Positions 30,567 to 41,078 of a DNA stretch of 64,000 bases are shown piece after piece (the stretch's first letter is position 1; each line of letters starts with the position of its first letter). The translations under genes and the position numbers were made by a program. The notes beneath the pieces were generated by a model. The model was not told where the DNA came from. It was given only the letters and a program-made list of their open reading frames with translations, and ran no database searches. The DNA lies in contig JALUCS010000083.1 in assembly GCA_027050205.1 (NCBI GenBank), positions 41,464 through 105,463 on the forward strand, given 5' to 3'. The stretch comes from a candidate division WOR-3 bacterium. Lineage in GTDB: Bacteria; Hydrothermota; Hydrothermia; LBFQ01.

Positions 30567-32276
30567 ATGCTCCGCAAGGTAGTTCTGGCACTTTTCGTAA
30601 TTCCGGCTATCCTTAAGGCGGATACTTTGGCGATAATCCACATAAACGATACCCATCACCACCTGTTCCCCTACAAGTCTTGGAACGGTATAGCATCGGC
30701 CGCCTACCTCATAAGGTACCTGAAGGCCACCTATCCCAACAACCTCTTCTTCCACGCTGGGGACATCTTCGTCGGGGACTTCTCCTTCCCCTACGGTCTG
30801 GGCAGGGAGGAGTTGAGGCTACTTAGTCTCCTCCACCCCGATGCCATAACCATAGGAAACCACGAGCTAGACATAACTCCCGATAGCCTCTACTCCGTCC
30901 TCTCCGACGTCGGTGGCTTCACGACCTTTCTCTCGTCCAACCTCCGTCCGGACACCATTCCCCTCGCCTCCGTAGTCAGGCCCTACACAACCTTTACTAG
31001 GTCCGGGAGGCTGATATGCGTCCTCGGCCTGACCACCAACCAGTTCAACCTCCTGAACCCCGCCCAGCAGCCCGTCCAGTTTGAGAACCCCGTGTACGTA
31101 GCCCGGATGTACGAGGATACCTTTGACGTCTTGGGGTGCGACTACCGGATAATCCTCTCCCACTCCGGCGTGAACGTGGATAGCGCCATAGCATCCGGCA
31201 CCCACAGCTACAACCTCATAGTCTCCGGCCATACCCACACGTGCTACGAGGAGCCGGCTAAGGTGGTGAACCTCTCCGGGGATACGACCTACTTCGCCGA
31301 AGCTTGCTCCCACTATCAAGCCGTTGGCCTCTGGCTGATAGATATGGACGCCCTAAGACCCATCAGCCATACCCTATTTCACTTGGACGCCACCTCTCCC
31401 GTTGATAGCGAGTTCGTGGATTCCCTCAACGCCCTGAAGGCGAGGATTGAGGCCGTATACGGACCCGTCTTCTCCGACTTCGTGGCCTACGCTCCGAGGG
31501 AGCTTAGGAACGTACCCGACAGTTCCCAGTACCTTGATACGCCCCTCGGCAACCTCATAGCAGACGCCTTAAGGGAAAAGGCGGGGACGGACATAGGGGT
31601 TGTACCCTACTTCTACATGGCCGAACCCCTCGCCGCCGGTCGTATAACCTCCAACGACGTCTTGATGGCCTTTCCCTACGGCCTAAGCGAGACGGCCATA
31701 ACCGGTACGAACCTGTACCTCTTGAGGGTCACCCTCCGGGGGGCGGACCTCTACACCCTCCTCTCGGTTTCCCAGAGCTTCGTCGGCCGGACCCCCATAG
31801 CCCAAGTTTCGGGGATGACGTACAGGTTTGATCCGGAGGACAGCCCGCCCCTTGAGCCTTCGGATATAACCGTCGGCGGTGTTCCGTTGGACACCACGGC
31901 CACCTACTCCGTGGCAGCAGATATGGGTACCCTCTACCTCGCCAGCCTCCTCGGTATAACCCCCGTCTCGGTGGAGACCACGGCCTACACGATGTTTACG
32001 GCTATGAGGGAGTACTTCTCCGAGCTGGGCCTTCTGGAGGCCACCTCCGAAGGACGGATAGCTTACAAGGGGGTGGTAGCCTTAGCCGAGAGGAGGAAGG
32101 TTCCCGGCCTTGAGGTGGAGGTTTCCGGCTTGACGATCTCCTCCGAAGCTCTTATGTTCATCTACGACCCCTCTGGTCGGCTCCTGACGAGGGGCAGCCG
32201 CCGATTCACCGCCCCGGCTCCCGGCATCTACTTCGTAAAGGTGGGCGACAGGGTAAAGAAGGTGGTATTGAGGTGA
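30567..32276 (+). CDS. Secreted 5'-nucleotidase/metallophosphoesterase with T9SS-like CTD
   Basis: HINDTH, AGD, GNHE, SHSG, GHTH; C-terminal 5'-nucleotidase domain; YDPSGR..PGIYFVK..KKVVLR; TTGACC-18-TAAAAT promoter. Confidence 0.85.
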   Translation: MLRKVVLALFVIPAILKADTLAIIHINDTHHHLFPYKSWNGIASAAYLIRYLKATYPNNLFFHAGDIFVGDFSFPYGLGREELRLLSLLHPDAITIGNHELDITPDSLYSVLSDVGGFTTFLSSNLRPDTIPLASVVRPYTTFTRSGRLICVLGLTTNQFNLLNPAQQPVQFENPVYVARMYEDTFDVLGCDYRIILSHSGVNVDSAIASGTHSYNLIVSGHTHTCYEEPAKVVNLSGDTTYFAEACSHYQAVGLWLIDMDALRPISHTLFHLDATSPVDSEFVDSLNALKARIEAVYGPVFSDFVAYAPRELRNVPDSSQYLDTPLGNLIADALREKAGTDIGVVPYFYMAEPLAAGRITSNDVLMAFPYGLSETAITGTNLYLLRVTLRGADLYTLLSVSQSFVGRTPIAQVSGMTYRFDPEDSPPLEPSDITVGGVPLDTTATYSVAADMGTLYLASLLGITPVSVETTAYTMFTAMREYFSELGLLEATSEGRIAYKGVVALAERRKVPGLEVEVSGLTISSEALMFIYDPSGRLLTRGSRRFTAPAPGIYFVKVGDRVKKVVLR

Positions 32277-33184
32277 AGGCGGAACCCCACTTCTCAACGG
32301 CCTACTGGGTGTTCCCCAAGGACGCCAATCCCCTCGGCTACCTGTTCGGCGGTCGTCTGATGCACTGGGTGGTAAGGAGCGCCTCCGTCTACTCCTCCAT
32401 GCTCCTCCGCCGCCCCGTCGTCATCGGTTATATGGGCAGTTTTGACTTCATAAACCCCATAAGGGTCGGAGATATGGTGGAGGTCCAGATATCCCCCCTA
32501 TTCACTACCACCCACACCGTAACCGTCAAGGTCGCCGTCTTCGCTGGGGCAACGTCCGACGAAGAGTTCCGCTTTACGACGGCGGCCGAACTTACCTTCG
32601 TATCCATAGACGACAGGGGAAGGCCGGTAGCCCACGGCCTCTCCATCCCTTCCCCCACCTTGGAGAAGGAACTCAAGGAGAAGATAAAGGCTATGAAAGG
32701 GGCCTACGAGAGGTTAAAGGAGCCGGAGGGCTACGACCTCAAGACCGTCTATGGGGTAACCACGGAGGACACCTTCTTCTACAACCTGATGTCGGGCGCC
32801 CGCCTCTTAGAGTACATAGACCAGCTCTCCGTCCTTACGGCCATCAGGTACGCCGGGGCCTCTATGTTCACGGCCTCCATTGACGAGACCATCTTCATAA
32901 GCCCCATAAGGCAGGACGAGTACGTGGAGATATACACCCGCCTTAACGCTGTATGGCGCACATCGGCCGAGGTGGAGGTCTGGGTCTTCGCCAACGACCC
33001 CATATCCGGTAGTAGGAGACTCTCCACCCATACCTTCGTCAGCGCCGTCCTCGTGGATAGGAGTAGGCACCTGAACCCCTACGCCCCCTCTCCGGAACTT
33101 TACGCCGAGGCCACCCGGAGGAAAGAGCGAAGGTTAGCGAGAAAGAGGAGGCTCCTGGAGGGGGTACTCCTCCCCTATAATTAA
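32273..33184 (+). CDS. Tandem hot-dog acyl-CoA thioesterase
   Basis: DANPLGYLFGG in first domain; second domain TASIDETIFISPI, VWRTSAEV. Confidence 0.82.
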   Translation: MKAEPHFSTAYWVFPKDANPLGYLFGGRLMHWVVRSASVYSSMLLRRPVVIGYMGSFDFINPIRVGDMVEVQISPLFTTTHTVTVKVAVFAGATSDEEFRFTTAAELTFVSIDDRGRPVAHGLSIPSPTLEKELKEKIKAMKGAYERLKEPEGYDLKTVYGVTTEDTFFYNLMSGARLLEYIDQLSVLTAIRYAGASMFTASIDETIFISPIRQDEYVEIYTRLNAVWRTSAEVEVWVFANDPISGSRRLSTHTFVSAVLVDRSRHLNPYAPSPELYAEATRRKERRLARKRRLLEGVLLPYN

Positions 33185-33191
33185 CGGCCCC

Positions 33192-34223
33192 TTGAGGATA
33201 GAGGTACGGGAGCTCTCCAAGGTGTTCGGCGACTTCGTCGTCCTCTCTGGCCTTAGTTTTGAGATAGGGGACGGGGAGTTCATAGTTGTACTCGGACCGT
33301 CCGGATGCGGCAAGACCACCCTCCTGCGGATAATAGCCGGCCTTGAGAGGCCCACCTCCGGTACGATCCTCTTTGACGGGAAGGACGTCACCCACCTGCC
33401 GCCGGCCAAGAGGGACATCGGTATGGTCTTCCAGAACTACGCCCTCTACCCCCATATGACCGTCTACGAGAACCTCGCCTTCCCCTTGAGGCTCAAGAAG
33501 GTGCCGAAGGACGAGATAGACCGGAGGGTGAAGGAGATAGCCACCCTCTTAAAGATAGACCGCCACCTCCACAAGAGGCCCCGTCAACTCTCCGGAGGTC
33601 AGAGGCAGAGGGTGGCCCTCGGCAGGGCGCTCATAAAGAGGCCCAAGCTCTTCCTGTTTGACGAGCCTCTCTCCAACCTTGACGCCAACCTCCGTACGGA
33701 GATGAGGGCGGAGATAGGGAGGCTCCACCGGGAGTTCAAGACCACCAGCCTGTACGTCACCCACGACCAGGTTGAGGCGATGAGCCTCGCCGACCGTATC
33801 CTCATCCTCAACAGGGGGAGGATAGAGCAGTTCGCCGACCCCCTGACGGTTTATAACGAGCCGGCGACGGCCTTCGTGGCCTCCTTCGTCGGCTCCCCCC
33901 CTATGAACCTCGTAGAGGGGGTGGTGGAGGAGGGTAAGTTTAGGTCGCCCGGAGGGTGGTGGGTGGCCGTGGATACCGACTACAGGGGCAAAGCCCTCCT
34001 TGGGTTCAGGCCGGAGGGTGCCAAGCTCCGGGAGAAGGGGATAAGGGGGAGCGTCGTCCACCGCGAGATCTTTGGCCACGAGAGTATCGTTTATGTGGAT
34101 ATAGGTGGCGGGATAACCGTAAGCGTGAAGCACTACTCCCTTCCCCCCTCCATAGGCGAGAACGTGGCGATATGGGTAGACCGGTACTACCTCTTTGACG
34201 GGGAGGGGAAGAGACTCCTTTAA
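33192..34223 (+). CDS. ABC transporter ATPase, MalK/UgpC family (orphan)
   Basis: GPSGCGKTT, VFQNYALYPHM, LSGGQRQR, DEPLSNLDA. Confidence 0.93.
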   Translation: MRIEVRELSKVFGDFVVLSGLSFEIGDGEFIVVLGPSGCGKTTLLRIIAGLERPTSGTILFDGKDVTHLPPAKRDIGMVFQNYALYPHMTVYENLAFPLRLKKVPKDEIDRRVKEIATLLKIDRHLHKRPRQLSGGQRQRVALGRALIKRPKLFLFDEPLSNLDANLRTEMRAEIGRLHREFKTTSLYVTHDQVEAMSLADRILILNRGRIEQFADPLTVYNEPATAFVASFVGSPPMNLVEGVVEEGKFRSPGGWWVAVDTDYRGKALLGFRPEGAKLREKGIRGSVVHREIFGHESIVYVDIGGGITVSVKHYSLPPSIGENVAIWVDRYYLFDGEGKRLL

Positions 34224-34233
34224 AATACTTGAT

Positions 34234-35715
34234 ATGCTTCCGTTGATAGCCTCTCTGAACTTGGAGTTCTACGCTGCGGAGCCTACAGCCCAGCTCTTCT
34301 TCAACCACGTGGGCTTCCTCTCGGTTGGCTCCGCGGAGGGACCGGTGGGTCCCTACCTCAACCCGGCCGTCCTCACCCGCACCAGGGGGACTTTCTCCGC
34401 GTACCTGGGTTACTCCTCCTCCGCCCAGACCCCGCCGGACAGCTTCGGCTTCAAGGTACCCCTCCGTATGGACAGCCTCTCCTACGACCTCAACCTCTCC
34501 TCCAAGGTTACCTTCTCCGACCTCGGAGGGCCGAGCTACCTTGGGGTGGCCTTCCACATCGGACCCGTGGCCTTCGGGGGGTCCCTCTTCCGGCCATCCC
34601 TCTTCGGTGCCTCCGTAGATGGGGACGTACCCGTTGAGTACGAGAGCGACAGCCTCGCCACCTTCAGCTACGTCGTATCCGACCCCGACAACGACAGCGT
34701 GGCCGTAAATCTGACGCCCTACGGTACGGTTAAGGGAAAGATCTTCCCGAAGGGCGACATCAGGATGAGGGAGACCCCCCTCTTCGCCGGTGCCGCCGTC
34801 GGCGGTAAGGTGTTGGCCTTCGGTGTGGGGTTGAACGTACGGAGGATAGAGGGGAGGTTGAACTTCGGTACCCACCTCTCCGTAGATTCGGGTACCACCC
34901 TGAAGGCGAAGGTGAGGCCCGCAGACCCCGGATGGGACGCGAGTAATCTAAACGTTTCCCTCGTGTACGACCCCGACTCCTCCCTCGTTGGGACGAGGGC
35001 CTCCGGCTCCTTCGCTGCTACCTACATCGCCCCGGTCGTGGGTCTCAACCTGAACCTCCTTGTGGTGGGTGTGAATCTCGCCGCCGAGATGGGACTCTCC
35101 GGGAGTACAGGGGCCAACTTCTCCACCTCCCTCCTTCTTCCCAAGGACGCGGGGATGGAGGTCCTGGCCGACTCCGTGGATATTGACAGCACCACCCGTA
35201 GGATCTCCGGGAGCCTGCTCTTGAGGGTAAGGAGGACGGAGGACACCACCGTAAGCAGGGACTTCTCCGCCACCTACAGGCTCGCCCGGTACGTCGGAGT
35301 TCGGGGCGGGGTCCGGCTCTTCTTCCTCTCCATCTCCGGTGCGGCCGAGTTCCCCGTTGAGGTGGGTAAGGGTCTCTTCTACTACGGCCGGAACTACTTC
35401 ACCCCCAACCTACTAATCCCCCTCGGTCCGATTGAGGCGAGGGTAGGGGGCGTCTTTATGTGGAGGTACGCCTTCTTCGGGAATACGGTCCTGCCTTCCG
35501 CTCCTATGTTCTACGGAGGTGGCGGTCTGTCCCTAAAGGCGCCGCTGGGTACGGAGGCCTTCGGCATAGAGAGGTTGGACGTCGGGGTACGGGGCAGCTT
35601 CCTCTCCTATCTCGTGAAGGTGGTGGCTGAAGGGCTTTCCGGAGGTAAGCTCGGAGACTTCTCCACCGCCCCTACCGTTGCCTTCAGCCTTGGGACGCAA
35701 CTCTACGTAAGGTGA
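34234..35715 (+). CDS. Probable outer-membrane beta-barrel, FadL/PorV-like
   Basis: N-terminal Y-L-NPA-V-L plug motif, alternating amphipathic strands; ATG 7 nt after TAAAAT. Confidence 0.5.
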   Translation: MLPLIASLNLEFYAAEPTAQLFFNHVGFLSVGSAEGPVGPYLNPAVLTRTRGTFSAYLGYSSSAQTPPDSFGFKVPLRMDSLSYDLNLSSKVTFSDLGGPSYLGVAFHIGPVAFGGSLFRPSLFGASVDGDVPVEYESDSLATFSYVVSDPDNDSVAVNLTPYGTVKGKIFPKGDIRMRETPLFAGAAVGGKVLAFGVGLNVRRIEGRLNFGTHLSVDSGTTLKAKVRPADPGWDASNLNVSLVYDPDSSLVGTRASGSFAATYIAPVVGLNLNLLVVGVNLAAEMGLSGSTGANFSTSLLLPKDAGMEVLADSVDIDSTTRRISGSLLLRVRRTEDTTVSRDFSATYRLARYVGVRGGVRLFFLSISGAAEFPVEVGKGLFYYGRNYFTPNLLIPLGPIEARVGGVFMWRYAFFGNTVLPSAPMFYGGGGLSLKAPLGTEAFGIERLDVGVRGSFLSYLVKVVAEGLSGGKLGDFSTAPTVAFSLGTQLYVR

Positions 35716-36182
35716 TGAAGGGCCTCGTAAGGGACCCCCGTCTCCTCGGTGAAGCCTTGAGGGGAGCTAACCTGAAGGTGGTCTTCACCAACGGATGCTT
35801 TGACATCCTCCACCGGGGACACGTGGAGCTGTTGAGGTTTGCCAAGGGCCTTGGGGACGTCCTGGTCGTGGGTCTCAACACGGACGACTCCGTCCGCCGT
35901 CTCAAGGGACAGGAGAGACCCATCAACCCCCTCCCCGACAGGGCGGCCGTCCTGCTGGCTATCCGCTGGGTAGACTTCGTCGTCCCCTTCGGTGAGGATA
36001 CGCCGGAGAGGTTAATACGGGAGTTGAGGCCCGACGTCCTCGTAAAGGGTGGGGACTACAGGTTGGAGGATATAGTGGGGGCGGAGTTCGTTACGTCCTA
36101 CGGCGGGGAGGTTAGAATCTTCCCCTACCTTGAGGGGTACTCCACCACCTCCATAGTTAGGAGGCTCAAGGGTCAATCGTAG
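35715..36182 (+). CDS. rfaE2: D-glycero-beta-D-manno-heptose 1-phosphate adenylyltransferase
   Basis: [36 protein letters not shown]. Confidence 0.92.
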   Translation: MKGLVRDPRLLGEALRGANLKVVFTNGCFDILHRGHVELLRFAKGLGDVLVVGLNTDDSVRRLKGQERPINPLPDRAAVLLAIRWVDFVVPFGEDTPERLIRELRPDVLVKGGDYRLEDIVGAEFVTSYGGEVRIFPYLEGYSTTSIVRRLKGQS

Positions 36183-36544
36183 GTTTGGGATATCTCCTCC
36201 CAGAGCCTCCTCGCCCCCGCAACGAAACCTTCCATATAGTCGTCCGTGCTAAGCATCATCAACGGCCTCTCCTCGTCCCCCTCCACCAGTACCACACTTA
36301 TAAAGCCTCCTACCTCCATCGCGTCCCAAGTCTCACCGAAGGGTAGCTCCGCCACGAACTCCACATCGCCAACCTCCACCGTGAAAAGGAGGTAGGGGGC
36401 ATCGTCCTCCTCACCGTACATAACGTCAAGGTTCACGGGCAGGGAATCACTCTTCGGTAGCTCTATCTCCCCCTCCGCCTTGAAGTATAAGCGGAGGCCC
36501 AACTCGTAGACCTCCGCGCGGAGCATTTTGAAAACACGTTTCAT
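36173..36544 (-). CDS. Hypothetical acidic protein
   Basis: ORF with typical codon usage downstream of recO-like gene. Confidence 0.55.
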   Translation of the reverse strand: MKRVFKMLRAEVYELGLRLYFKAEGEIELPKSDSLPVNLDVMYGEEDDAPYLLFTVEVGDVEFVAELPFGETWDAMEVGGFISVVLVEGDEERPLMMLSTDDYMEGFVAGARRLWEEISQTYD

Positions 36545-36557
36545 AATCCACCCATTG

Positions 36558-36971
36558 CTAAGCCAAGGCCGATAGAAGTTCCTCCGTATCCGTATCCTCA
36601 GTCAGGATCTCCTGCAGGATGTTGTACGTCGTGCGAGGCTCCCTGTCCAGGCGGTCTATCACCCTAAGCATACGGGAGTACAGCTCCCCGTCCTGCGGCC
36701 ACGAGTTGGCGATGACCCGGTAGATCCGGGAGTAGCTCTCAACGACTATGGGGTTGCGGAGGATGTAGGAGTAGTCCTGTACGGGTTCGTACTCCAAGAG
36801 GTAGTAGAGGTTGCGTCCCTTCTTCAGTTGGACGTCGTACACGCCGAGCATAGACAGGTTCCTGCCGATGATCTTTATGACGCCGATACCGTCGGCCACG
36901 CTCACGTACAGGCGTTGCTTACCTTTATACACACGCTCATCAAGTACGAGAACTCTTGCCCTGTACTCCAT
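36558..36971 (-). CDS. RecO-like protein (OB fold plus partial helical domain; short)
   Basis: ARVLVLDERVYKGKQR..GVIKIIG..LKKGRNLYYL..QDYSYI..ELYSRMLRVIDRL pattern resembles RecO N-terminus. Confidence 0.5.
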   Translation of the reverse strand: MEYRARVLVLDERVYKGKQRLYVSVADGIGVIKIIGRNLSMLGVYDVQLKKGRNLYYLLEYEPVQDYSYILRNPIVVESYSRIYRVIANSWPQDGELYSRMLRVIDRLDREPRTTYNILQEILTEDTDTEELLSALA

Positions 36972-37872
36972 AAACTTCTACCTCCTTCTTTTCTTCCGTC
37001 TTCAAGGCTACAGGCATAAAGTCAGTATTATACGCGAAAACCACCTCCCCGTTCCTCCTCAAGGCGATAACCCCGACGGGGTACTCCGTCCTCCTCACCA
37101 GCTCCTCTGCGGCCTCCTTTAGTGGGGTGCCGTAGGCCACCCTATCGCACAGGGTCTTGGTCAGGAGCATCTGGATTATGCCCTCCCCTATACCCGTCGC
37201 CGAGGCCCCGCAACCGTTTTCCGCCCACGTCCCCGCCCCCGGTATGGGCGTATCTCCGACCCTTCCGGGCAACTTTACGGACGTCCCCCCCGTGGAGGTT
37301 CCGGCTACCACGCTCCTGCCGTCGGTGGCCACGGCTCCAACGGTGCCGATGAAGAGGTCCGGGTACTTCCTTATCAGGTCTATCGTCTTCGCCATTAGGG
37401 AGAGGTCGTCCCCCACCTCCTCCTTAAGGAGCTTCTCCCTCACCCTCTCCAACCTCCTCCTGGCGTAGTCGGTTATCAGGTTCCCCTCCGGAAGGTTGAA
37501 GAGTCGGGCTATCCTCTCCGCCCCCTCGCCGTACATCACATGGTGGGAGGTCCTCTCGGCGATTATCCGGGCGAGGCTTATGGGGTTCTTAACCCTCCTG
37601 ACGCCTATCACCGCCCCTACGAGGCGGGGGTTATCCCTGACTATGCAGGCGTCCATCTCCAGACTGCCGTCTATACTTAGGACGCTTCCCTTTCCGGCGT
37701 TGAAGTATGGGGAATCCTCAAGGACCTTTACGGCCTCCTCAACCGCCTTAACAGGATCCTCGTCAAGGAGGGAGTATCCCACTTCGGCCGCCTCCTTTAA
37801 GACGGGGAGGGCGTGCTTGAGCCTCTCCTCCCCCCAGCGTCCGGCTCCACCGTGAACGATTATCGCCTTCAT
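36940..37872 (-). CDS. Isoaspartyl peptidase/L-asparaginase (Ntn hydrolase)
   Basis: IIVHGGAG, FNAGKGS, G|TVGAVA, STGG, GRVGDTP, SATGIGE. Confidence 0.93.
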   Translation of the reverse strand: MKAIIVHGGAGRWGEERLKHALPVLKEAAEVGYSLLDEDPVKAVEEAVKVLEDSPYFNAGKGSVLSIDGSLEMDACIVRDNPRLVGAVIGVRRVKNPISLARIIAERTSHHVMYGEGAERIARLFNLPEGNLITDYARRRLERVREKLLKEEVGDDLSLMAKTIDLIRKYPDLFIGTVGAVATDGRSVVAGTSTGGTSVKLPGRVGDTPIPGAGTWAENGCGASATGIGEGIIQMLLTKTLCDRVAYGTPLKEAAEELVRRTEYPVGVIALRRNGEVVFAYNTDFMPVALKTEEKKEVEVYGVQGKSSRT

Positions 37873-38127
37873 CGGAAAAGTTTTTCATTATAAGGCAGAA
37901 ACCCGGACCGTTCGCAAAGATTTCTGCAAAGGGCCTTCCCACCGTTGGGGTATGCTTTTAAGGTTCTGGCATCCGATACCCATAGAAAATGGACGGTAAT
38001 GTAATAATCCATCACAGTTTGTGCGATTTCTAGCAACTTTCAGCGAATGGGATAGGCGAGGGGGATCCGCCTTGTGTGAGTTGGGTATTGAGGGGGTATT
38101 ACGTTGATAGAGGGATGCCATCCGTAC

Positions 38128-38199
38128 CTTCAAGAACTGAAAGTGGAGCTTTAAGAAACCGGAACTTTCCCTTTAATAAATCGCAAATTGTACTTTAAG
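38128..38199 (+). repeat. Dispersed CTTYAA-phased repeat, copy 3
   Basis: CTTYAA at 38128/38149/38171/38193. Confidence 0.85.
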
Positions 38200-38287
38200 A
38201 TCCTTGCACTCCTCATTAACGAATTTTGGAGGGTGTCATTTCGTAGGGCTGTCTCAAAGGCGGCGTCTCCCTCTTAGAATCGTCTCC

Positions 38288-38803
38288 GTGAAGAGGTTTG
38301 GACCCCTGCTTGCGGTCTTCGTAGTCTTGGGGTGCAAGGGGGAGAAGAAGGGCAGGACACACCACGTGGAGCCGGGAGCCGACTCCGTGAAGGTTATAGC
38401 CACCAAGGGGGGACGTAAGCTCTGGGTGATGAAGTCCGTAAAGGTAAAGGAAAGGGGCGACACCCTAATAGGCTACGGGGTAAGGATAACCTTCTACAAG
38501 GGGGGGAAGGCTTCTTCCGTCCTCACCGCCGATTCTGGCAAGTACGACCAGGCTTCGGGGAATATGGTGGCCCTCGGCAGGGTCCATCTCGTCTCCTCCG
38601 ACAGTACGGAGATGTGGAGCCAAAGCCTCCACTGGGACGAGAAGCGGAGGGTGATATGGACGGAGGACTCGGTCAAGATATACGACCGTAAGAGGGATCG
38701 TACCCTGTACGCCAAGGGGATGGAGACGGACGCCTCTGTCTCTTACATCAAGTTCCTCTCCCCCGTCAGGGGCGAAGGGGAGGAGACGGAGACCGGGAGG
38801 TGA
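38288..38803 (+). CDS. lptC: LPS export protein LptC family (lipoprotein)
   Basis: GTG start after TAGAAT; lipobox VLG|C; LTADSGKY, GRVHLVS, SLHWD, IWTEDSVKI, GMETD. Confidence 0.8.
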   Translation: MKRFGPLLAVFVVLGCKGEKKGRTHHVEPGADSVKVIATKGGRKLWVMKSVKVKERGDTLIGYGVRITFYKGGKASSVLTADSGKYDQASGNMVALGRVHLVSSDSTEMWSQSLHWDEKRRVIWTEDSVKIYDRKRDRTLYAKGMETDASVSYIKFLSPVRGEGEETETGR

Positions 38804-40654
38804 TCACCACCCCCCACCTCCACCACCGCCGCCCCCTCCACCGGAGAAGCCCCCACCGGAGAAGCCACCGCCACCGGAGAACCCGGAGGAGCTGCCCGGA
38901 GGTTTGACGGAGGATGCAACAGTCTCGGAGACGTTCCTCCCTACATCGCGGAAGAAGGTAGCGTACCCGCGGGAGGTGGTGAAACGCATGTAGTAAGGGC
39001 CTTCGTACCACTCCGGGCGGTAGTCCATGGCCTTCAGGTCCTCGGCGAACTTGCTAGCCCACGTATCTACAATGTCCAAGGCGAGGGCGTAGGGCAGAAA
39101 CCTCTCAAATATCCTCGGTAGGCTCTCCCTCGGAAAGAGGGCCTTGAGCCGCTCCTTCTCCGCCGTCTGAAGGAACATCCTGAAGCCCTCAATCCTGTCC
39201 ATCACCTCCCGGCCCTTACGGGTGGGGGCGGCCATGTACTTACCGAAGAAGAGGTTGACGGCCACCAACAGGAGGAGGGAGAGGAGTAGGATGGAGTCCC
39301 ACAGGAGGTTCCCCGTGCCGAAAAGGAAGGTGGATAGGGGTAGGAAGGCGAGGACGACCACCACTAGCACGATGGCCTTCACCACCTTGGAGGATATGGA
39401 CAGGGTGCCTACGACCATAACGGCGAAGACGAGGAGCAACACCCCCCTGAACACCATCTCCTCACCACCGAGGAACAGGGAGAGGGCTACCCCGATCACC
39501 GATAGGAGGACGCCGACACCCACGTAGTCCCGGTTGAGCCTGAACAGATGCCCGTACATCCGGGCGAGGGCGACCTTTAGCCTACCTACGGCCCTACGGA
39601 TCTCGGAGGAGTAGGAGCCTTTCCTTAGAGTTAAACTCTGCGGTAGGGCCTCATAGACCTCCCTCTCGTCCTCCGTAAGGTCCTCCCTACCTCCGTCAAG
39701 TTTCACCAACTCGTACCTCCCTCCCCTCTCCTCCCGTATCTTCAGGGATCGCTTTACGGCCATATCTATGAGGTTGGCGGCGAAGCAGGTGTCGTCGTAT
39801 CCCATCCTCATCACGTACCTGACGGCCGCCGGGGACATACCCTCCGGTGGCCTGAACTCCGGCATTATCGTACCCTTCGGTGGGTCTTTCCCCACCCTCG
39901 CCCAAGCCCAGAGGTAGTAGAGGGAGACGACTGCCAAGGTTAGGAGGAGGACGAGGACGTGGAGGTTGTCCGTCAAGAACCACAGGAGCCTCCGCACCGT
40001 ACCCGGTTCTCTAACGTACCCCTTCGGCCATCCGACGACGATGGTAAGGTTCTCCCCGGCCATGAGGGGGCGAGTTGTCCTGAAATGCACCCTACCGCCC
40101 TCATCCACCCACGCCTCGTAGTCCCTCCCCTTCTCCCCGTACCTCCCCGTATAGGCCTCGTACCGGATGCTGTCCTTCGGGACGCCCTTCGGCAGTACCA
40201 CCGTAGCTTCCACCCTCAAGAGGGGGAAGCGCCAACCCGTCCCGTTCACGTTCCAGTAGAGCTCGTCGTGATCCTTGAAGAATCCTATCTGCCTGTCCGT
40301 CGTATATACGAGGGTGTAGGTGTGGGTGCCGGGTGGGAGGAGGACGTCCTTCTTGCCTACGTATATCCGGACACCGTTGGAGAGTTTCTTCACAAACCAA
40401 TCCTCCGGTTTCCCATCCCTCATAACCTTCAACACCTTGAAGCCCACCCTGAAGTTGTAGCCCTTCCAACGGTAGGCGGTGGGAAACTCTCTGTATATCC
40501 CGTGCCTTATCCTGTTGCCCTTGGACTCAACGGTAATGTCCTCACGGACGAGGAGGGAGGCGTCCTCCCTGACCATCACCCTCTGCTTGAAGGCCACCAC
40601 GCACTCCCCCACACCGACCTGTTCCTGACATACGGCAAGTAAAGCTAAAAACAT
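38804..40654 (-). CDS. DUF2207 family membrane protein
   Basis: RHGIYREFP, ELYWNVNG, FERFLPYALAL, Gly/Ser-rich tail ending GGGGW. Confidence 0.9.
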   Translation of the reverse strand: MFLALLAVCQEQVGVGECVVAFKQRVMVREDASLLVREDITVESKGNRIRHGIYREFPTAYRWKGYNFRVGFKVLKVMRDGKPEDWFVKKLSNGVRIYVGKKDVLLPPGTHTYTLVYTTDRQIGFFKDHDELYWNVNGTGWRFPLLRVEATVVLPKGVPKDSIRYEAYTGRYGEKGRDYEAWVDEGGRVHFRTTRPLMAGENLTIVVGWPKGYVREPGTVRRLLWFLTDNLHVLVLLLTLAVVSLYYLWAWARVGKDPPKGTIMPEFRPPEGMSPAAVRYVMRMGYDDTCFAANLIDMAVKRSLKIREERGGRYELVKLDGGREDLTEDEREVYEALPQSLTLRKGSYSSEIRRAVGRLKVALARMYGHLFRLNRDYVGVGVLLSVIGVALSLFLGGEEMVFRGVLLLVFAVMVVGTLSISSKVVKAIVLVVVVLAFLPLSTFLFGTGNLLWDSILLLSLLLLVAVNLFFGKYMAAPTRKGREVMDRIEGFRMFLQTAEKERLKALFPRESLPRIFERFLPYALALDIVDTWASKFAEDLKAMDYRPEWYEGPYYMRFTTSRGYATFFRDVGRNVSETVASSVKPPGSSSGFSGGGGFSGGGFSGGGGGGGGGGGW

Positions 40655-40820
40655 TCCCACATTTTACCCCCGAAACCTCCCGCGGAGGCGGGCCGTCCGG
40701 ACCCAGAGGATGCACACTGTCGCCCACATAATCGCAAATAATGTGGAATGAGAAATTACATTCAACAAACTTCCGGAAATTAACTGCAGAAGGATAGAAT
40801 TCCTCCTTAGAATTCTCTCT

Positions 40821-41042
40821 ATGACAACGTACGTCGCAAAGGTGAAGGGTATGACCTGCCCCCACTGCGCCATGAAGGTCAAGAAGGCCCTTGAAAGGGC
40901 TGGATACAGCGACGTTCAGGTCTCCCTTGAGAGGGGGGAAGCGCGGTTCAAGAGCCAGGAGGAGGTCTTCTTTGAGGAGGTGGCGGAGGTAATAGGGGAG
41001 ATAGGATACGAACTGGTAGAACTAACGGAAAGCAATCAGTAG
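40821..41042 (+). CDS. CopZ-like heavy-metal (HMA) chaperone
   Basis: GMTCPHC motif, 73 aa. Confidence 0.88.
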   Translation: MTTYVAKVKGMTCPHCAMKVKKALERAGYSDVQVSLERGEARFKSQEEVFFEEVAEVIGEIGYELVELTESNQ

Positions 41043-41078
41043 CCCAGCGAACGCTGTACTCCCTTATCATTCCCATCT

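Noticed and set aside
38804..38900. Low-complexity CCACC/GGAGAAG repeats
   Set aside because: Encode the normal Gly/Ser-rich tail of DUF2207 proteins
40724..40765. Copper-regulator operator upstream of copZ-like gene (CCACAT-N11-ATGTGG; GAATG-N8-CATTC)
   Set aside because: Short inverted repeats that do not match CsoR, CopY or CueR consensus; insufficient support
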